Source: Leptolyngbyaceae cyanobacterium
Lineage (GTDB): Bacteria; Cyanobacteriota; Cyanobacteriia; Phormidesmidales; Phormidesmidaceae
Assembly: GCA_965263355.1 (NCBI GenBank)
Contig: CBDHHL010000032.1
Coordinates: forward strand, 1,568,001 to 1,632,000
Direction of reading: 5' to 3'
Length of the DNA: 64,000 bases
Shown here: one piece after another, positions 59,175 to 64,000 of the stretch
Numbering within the stretch: position 1 is the stretch's first letter
Layout of the letters: every line of letters starts with the position of its first letter
Translations under genes and position numbers: made by a program
Notes under the pieces: model-generated
The model's input: only the letters and a program-made list of their open reading frames with translations
Told to the model about the DNA's origin: nothing
Databases searched by the model: none

Positions 59175-61415
59175 ATGAAGTATTCATTTGTCAACCAGCC
59201 TCGCGAAGAAGATTGCGGAATTGCCTGTATTGCAATGATTGCAAGGCACTATGGTCAGAAATTCACGTTGGCCCGTGTCCGTGAACTTGTTGGTACAGGA
59301 CAGTTAGGGGCATCTCTGTTGGGTCTTCAGCAAGGTGCTGAGGCATTAGGTTTTCAAGCCCGCTCTGGGCAAGCAACTGACGACATTTTTAATCGTATTC
59401 ATCGCCTGCCTTTGCCAGCTATTATTCACTGGGGTAGAGAGCGTTGGGTCGTTTTCTACGGCAAGGAGCAAAATAAATATGTGATAGCTGACCCAAGCGT
59501 AGGTATTCGTTACCTTAGTGCTGACGAAATTAAGCGCAATTGGGGTGATGGTGCAATGCTTCTGCTTGTACCAGATGAAGCGTTTTATCACTTGTCGACA
59601 GATAAGCCAAGCAGGATTGCAGGCATTCTACAGCAGGTTTGGCCTTATCGTTTAGCATTATTTCAAGTTGTTTTATACGGATTATTTATTGGGTTTCTAT
59701 CGCTTTCAATTCCATTTTTAATTCAGTTTATTACTGATGATGTCTTGATTGGGGGAGATACCCAGCTGCTGCCTAAGGTTGCGATCGCAGCAGCAGCTTT
59801 TTTTATAATTAAAAGCTTACTAAATCTAGTTCAAGTTACCCTGGTAGCCAATGTCTTTCAGCGATTAGAACTGGGGCTGACACTAGAATTTGGACGTAAG
59901 TTATTAAAACTACCTTTGAACTATTACGAAACCAGGCGTAGTGGTGAATTTTCCAGTCAACTTAAAGACATTTCCCGAATTCATGAGCTAATTGTCGATG
60001 GGGCAGTTCAACTACCTGGGCTGTTTTTTACTGCAATCGTGTCGTTTGGTTGCATGCTATTTTTCTACAGCCAGCGTCTAACCCTTCTATCGTTTATAAC
60101 AGCAGGGTTAATGTTAGGAACAACGCTGACATTGCTACCTGTATTTCAGGAACGTATTCGACGTCTATTATCACTGAACGCTAAAAACCAAGCCCTGCTT
60201 GTAGAGATTTTTAGAGGGGCTATGACCTTTAAGACGACAGCGGCTCAGCCTCAACTTTGGAAGGAGATGCAAGGACGATTTGGCAACCTGGCCAGTAAAA
60301 AAGCTAGTACCGTTCAACTTAGTTTTTTCACAAATCAGCTAGCAAACTTGATGTCGGGTGTTGGCCATATTGGTATCTTTTGCTTAGGCAGCACCATGGT
60401 TATTAGTCAAGAGTTGACCCTGGGTAAACTTTTCGCCTTTAGCATCATGAACTACGGCTTTCTGGAGTTTATTAACTCCTTAGTCAGATTTTCAGACAGG
60501 TTTATGGAAATCAAAACATCAGTACAACGGTTTGATGATGTGATTGATGTTGATGACGAGAGTCCAGATGATTGGCTAAAGCCCCTTGCTGAAATCCCTT
60601 CAAACGGTGATATCACATTCAATCAAGTGAACTTTCACTATCCAGGGCGATTCAATTTGTTAGAAACGTTTTCGCTGACCATTCCTGGAGGTAAATCCTC
60701 AGCACTAGTGGGCGCATCTGGTTCTGGTAAAAGTACGATTGCTAAGATTCTGGCTGGATTACATTCTTATCAGTCTGGTGAAGTATTAGTAGGACCCCAT
60801 AATTTACGTGATTTATCCACTGAATGTGTGCGTCAACAAATTGTTTTAGTGTCTCAAACCACCCATTTTTGGAGCCGCTCAATCTTAGAAAATTTCCAAC
60901 TTTGTGCACCAAAAGTGTCATACAACGAAGTAGTAGCGGCTTGTCGAATTACAGGGGCAGATAAATTTATTGATCAGCTACCAGATGGTTACTTAACAGT
61001 TTTGGGTGAGTTTGGCTCAAATCTTTCAGGAGGGCAGCTGCAGCGGTTAGCGATTGCTCGAGCCTTGCTACTGAAACCAGCTATCTTGATTTTAGATGAG
61101 TCAACTTCGGCGTTAGATCCCCTGAGTGAAGCTGAATTACTTCAAAAGCTATTGATGCATCGCAAGGGTCACACTACCGTTCTCATTAGCCATCGTTCCA
61201 GTGTGAATCGACTTGTAGACTGGGTAGCCGTGATTAATGATGGAGAAGCTGATATTGCAGGTTCTCCTGAGTATTTGCTTACTCAAGAAGGTGGTCATTT
61301 ACAATTTCTAGAGGGGACAACCCCCAATCTTTTAGACGGCTCCAGACGTCTAGTTGCTAGTAACAGCTCATCAGCGCCTGATCTCCCTTCCTTACCAGGC
61401 CCTGTCGAGAACTAA
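59175..61415 (+). CDS. peptidase-domain (C39) ABC exporter (PCAT / type I secretion)
   Basis: Q..EEDCG.AC N-terminus, TM domain, GASGSGKST, LSGGQ.QR, ILILDE, ISHR. Confidence 0.93.
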   Translation: MKYSFVNQPREEDCGIACIAMIARHYGQKFTLARVRELVGTGQLGASLLGLQQGAEALGFQARSGQATDDIFNRIHRLPLPAIIHWGRERWVVFYGKEQNKYVIADPSVGIRYLSADEIKRNWGDGAMLLLVPDEAFYHLSTDKPSRIAGILQQVWPYRLALFQVVLYGLFIGFLSLSIPFLIQFITDDVLIGGDTQLLPKVAIAAAAFFIIKSLLNLVQVTLVANVFQRLELGLTLEFGRKLLKLPLNYYETRRSGEFSSQLKDISRIHELIVDGAVQLPGLFFTAIVSFGCMLFFYSQRLTLLSFITAGLMLGTTLTLLPVFQERIRRLLSLNAKNQALLVEIFRGAMTFKTTAAQPQLWKEMQGRFGNLASKKASTVQLSFFTNQLANLMSGVGHIGIFCLGSTMVISQELTLGKLFAFSIMNYGFLEFINSLVRFSDRFMEIKTSVQRFDDVIDVDDESPDDWLKPLAEIPSNGDITFNQVNFHYPGRFNLLETFSLTIPGGKSSALVGASGSGKSTIAKILAGLHSYQSGEVLVGPHNLRDLSTECVRQQIVLVSQTTHFWSRSILENFQLCAPKVSYNEVVAACRITGADKFIDQLPDGYLTVLGEFGSNLSGGQLQRLAIARALLLKPAILILDESTSALDPLSEAELLQKLLMHRKGHTTVLISHRSSVNRLVDWVAVINDGEADIAGSPEYLLTQEGGHLQFLEGTTPNLLDGSRRLVASNSSSAPDLPSLPGPVEN

Positions 61416-61463
61416 TCAATTAACGCAAAAATTGTATTTAATTTGTCAATGTGAGTGTAACCC

Positions 61464-62660
61464 ATGAATCATGATGACGCTTTTTCCAATTCTATGTTTG
61501 ACTTGCCAGTTAAGGCGACCAAGTCAACATCGATTGAACCAGTCACTGACATTGACCTTGCAATTGAGCAAGCCAAATCTCCTGTCGGAACCTTAGCGGC
61601 CACCCAAGATTACCAATCTAGGCAGGTGTCTGTAGAGAAATCTCAGTCTCTAGCTTCATCTGTTGTAGATAATTTTTTACCTTCTCCAAATCGTTTTATT
61701 ATGCTGGGTGGTTTAGGCCTGGTTGCTGCACTGGGGATAGGGGGAGTAGCGGCCAATTTTATGACCTATCGCACCACAGTTAAGGCTCAAGCTGTTGTCC
61801 AGCCAGTAGGTGATGTGCAAGTCATACAATCTGGTATGGGAGGAGTTGTTGAAACTATTCTTGTGCAGGAGTATGACACCCTAAAGCCAGACCAGGTGAT
61901 TATTTCTTTTGAGAACTCACCTTTGCAGAATAAGCTGCTTCAAATCGAAGCCAGGATTGCTGGTACTGAGGAGCGCATCTTTCAGGTGGATGGTCAACTT
62001 AAGACCTTAGAACGACGACGATTGGCAGAATCAACTTGGTTACAGCAGCTCACTACATCGGGTTTAGGGATTGGGGGAGGTGCAGCCCAATTTGAATATT
62101 CGAAAGCACGCCTGCTTGAGTATCGCAATGATCTGGCTACTCAGCTTCAAGGAGAACGTGACCAGTTAAAGCAAGCTCAGCAGCAAATTGATAACTTGAT
62201 CATTCGGTCTCCAGCAGCTGGTAGTATTTATGATCTGCAACTAGACAAATTGGGCCAGACTGTAAACGCTAATGAAACTATTGCCAAACTTGTGCCCGAC
62301 GGAGTGGACTTAGAGATCAAAGCATTGATACCGGATACTCAGATTAAAAACGTTGAGGTGGGCTACCCTACGCAGATGAAGTTATCTCAATGTGCGTCTT
62401 TTAGCTTTGGTGCTTTAGAGGGGCAAGTCACTTCGGTAGAACCCCTTCAACCAGACGCAGATACAGATCTAGTCAAATCCAAGGATATCCCCCAAAATAG
62501 TTATATAGTAACCATAAACGCTCCTGAGAAAAGCTTGCAATCTGGCTCACGCATATGTGAGGTGTTGCCTGGTATGAAAGGAGAGTTGAAAATCATGGCT
62601 AATCAGGAAAAGCTTATGAATTTCTTTTTAAGGAAACTGCGTTTCAAAACAAATGTTTGA
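61464..62660 (+). CDS. HlyD family membrane fusion protein
   Basis: TM, VKAQAVVQPVG..Q.IQS..GG, coiled coil, IRSPAAG, PGMKG. Confidence 0.88.
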   Translation: MNHDDAFSNSMFDLPVKATKSTSIEPVTDIDLAIEQAKSPVGTLAATQDYQSRQVSVEKSQSLASSVVDNFLPSPNRFIMLGGLGLVAALGIGGVAANFMTYRTTVKAQAVVQPVGDVQVIQSGMGGVVETILVQEYDTLKPDQVIISFENSPLQNKLLQIEARIAGTEERIFQVDGQLKTLERRRLAESTWLQQLTTSGLGIGGGAAQFEYSKARLLEYRNDLATQLQGERDQLKQAQQQIDNLIIRSPAAGSIYDLQLDKLGQTVNANETIAKLVPDGVDLEIKALIPDTQIKNVEVGYPTQMKLSQCASFSFGALEGQVTSVEPLQPDADTDLVKSKDIPQNSYIVTINAPEKSLQSGSRICEVLPGMKGELKIMANQEKLMNFFLRKLRFKTNV

Positions 62661-62665
62661 GTTAC

Positions 62666-63325
62666 ATGGAAACTAACTTAGGACAGCCTGACGAACAACA
62701 AGAACAGCAGGAGGAGAAAGAGTTATTCCCCTCAGGGGGTAATTTAGCGTTTAGAGATATCACTCTAGTCGCTAATGATTTAGTGCTAGATACAGCCCCC
62801 CCCCCGCCTCAGCTCTATTCAAAATCTGGGGAACCTAAACAAAATTCCTATACTGTAGAGCTTTTCTGGGATGAGGCCTTAGTAACGGCAACTGAGTTAT
62901 TCTATGGTCAAACTACATATCTTTTAGAGAACATTGACTCACTACAAATTCTTAAATTACACGGAAAACGGTCAGTTATCAAAAAAAAGCTCAGCAATTT
63001 TCTAGCTGGAACGATAACGACAGTTGGATTAGTATTGCTCTTGGGCCCGGTTACCTGGTTTTTACATTTATTGGGTTTGATATTAGCGGTTGCTAGTATG
63101 GGCTATGCCATTTACTTTAATTGGTGGCTAGAGCAGCGTAGGCGAGGGGAGTTTGGCCTACTTATGACGATGAAATTAAATTCAAAAGTTGTTATCACAA
63201 GCCATAGCTTAAAAGCTATTCAAGCTCTTTATCAAATTATGTTTCGACGTTTAGATATGGCTGATCCCAATGGCGAATCTTTAATGGTCAATATGTATAC
63301 AGGCCAAACTATAAGTTACCAGTAG
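62666..63325 (+). CDS. hypothetical 2-TM protein (DUF6232-like pattern)
   Basis: ALVTATELFYGQTTYLLENIDS followed by a TM hairpin; translationally adjacent to hlyD. Confidence 0.6.
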   Translation: METNLGQPDEQQEQQEEKELFPSGGNLAFRDITLVANDLVLDTAPPPPQLYSKSGEPKQNSYTVELFWDEALVTATELFYGQTTYLLENIDSLQILKLHGKRSVIKKKLSNFLAGTITTVGLVLLLGPVTWFLHLLGLILAVASMGYAIYFNWWLEQRRRGEFGLLMTMKLNSKVVITSHSLKAIQALYQIMFRRLDMADPNGESLMVNMYTGQTISYQ

Positions 63326-63452
63326 CATAAGAAATATGGTTAACTTGAGCATCCTAGAGTTTGCCATTGCTGAGCCGAACTGCGATTTCATCTGCAAGAG
63401 CCTGATACATAGATTGTTTTATAGAGCGGTTCATCCTCTAAGTCAACAGTGG

Positions 63453-64000
63453 CTAGAGTTGAGTTGTTAACCTTAGCTTACGCCACACTATTCTTGAAAC
63501 AGATTCCCTTCGAGTAAGAATATCAGCTCGTCCTGTCATCCCAGCTTGTAAATCACAGGATGCATATTTACTGCTCAGGACAGGACGTGAAAGTTGAAGT
63601 GTAATCTCGTATAATCCACTGCTGGTAGTATTACGAATTTCATCAGGTAAAGCTTCTGGCAATAGTGTATCTGGAGAAATAGTCTTAACCTTAGCCGCTA
63701 GAGTGCCATAATCAGTATATGGGCAAGCGGAAATACGTAGCTGAGCAGATTGATTATTCTCGATAGTATTAATATCTTGTGGCTCTACCCAAGCTTTTGC
63801 AAGCAGGGAGGCATCACTGGCTGCAATTTGAGCAATTGGATCACCTAGGTTAACCACTTGGGCATTATTGCGTAACTCTAACATCTGAATCGTACCTGAT
63901 ACCGGGGCTCTTAGGGTTAGTAAGGCTATTTCGGTCTGAGTCTGGGTCTGGTCTCGTTGAATTTGATTTAGCTGATCTAAAAGGTTGCTTCTTTGCTGAG
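63453..64000 (-). CDS. second HlyD family membrane fusion protein (5' end outside the window)
   Basis: Frame open to the window edge: ...LRAPVSGTIQMLELRN..Q.V..G.PIAQI, LRISACPYTDYGTL, GMTGRADI. Confidence 0.88.
   Translation of the reverse strand, partial: QQRSNLLDQLNQIQRDQTQTQTEIALLTLRAPVSGTIQMLELRNNAQVVNLGDPIAQIAASDASLLAKAWVEPQDINTIENNQSAQLRISACPYTDYGTLAAKVKTISPDTLLPEALPDEIRNTTSSGLYEITLQLSRPVLSSKYASCDLQAGMTGRADILTRRESVSRIVWRKLRLTTQL

Noticed and set aside
175..59788. Abundant GCGATCGC octamers
   Set aside because: This is the well-known cyanobacterial HIP1; useful for taxonomy but not novel.

Overview
Cyanobacterial chromosomal segment. Evidence: psaM, narM, ycf35/ycf81-type genes, and roughly 25 HIP1 GCGATCGC octamers counted by eye against about 1 expected by chance. 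Positions 1-42 kb are mostly core genes (PhoH2, ctp protease, ribBA, psaM, phoU, rnr, ubiX, speA, PP2C phosphatase, prmA, serA, hemW, guaA, moaA) plus conserved hypotheticals. Positions 42-64 kb look more accessory and hold five things. (1) A PadR-controlled RND efflux pair whose AcrB-type permease carries an in-frame C-terminal TPR array. (2) A rhodanese/HxlR/thioredoxin-fold cluster with one frameshifted gene. (3) sbcC. (4) An uncharacterised module: a PstS-like/TM/3xDUF4912 protein whose C-terminal domain is also encoded as a stand-alone upstream gene. (5) A type I secretion locus whose C39 peptidase appears to have lost its catalytic His. Items missed by the ORF track include a truncated GAF-PAS histidine kinase, psaM, a 57-aa membrane protein and an Rpn/PD-(D/E)XK fragment. 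Non-coding structure includes a dispersed 72-73 bp TA-bounded MITE-like family and REP-like perfect palindromes. No rRNA, tRNA or CRISPR array was recognised. All family calls come from motif recognition by eye; no searches were run.
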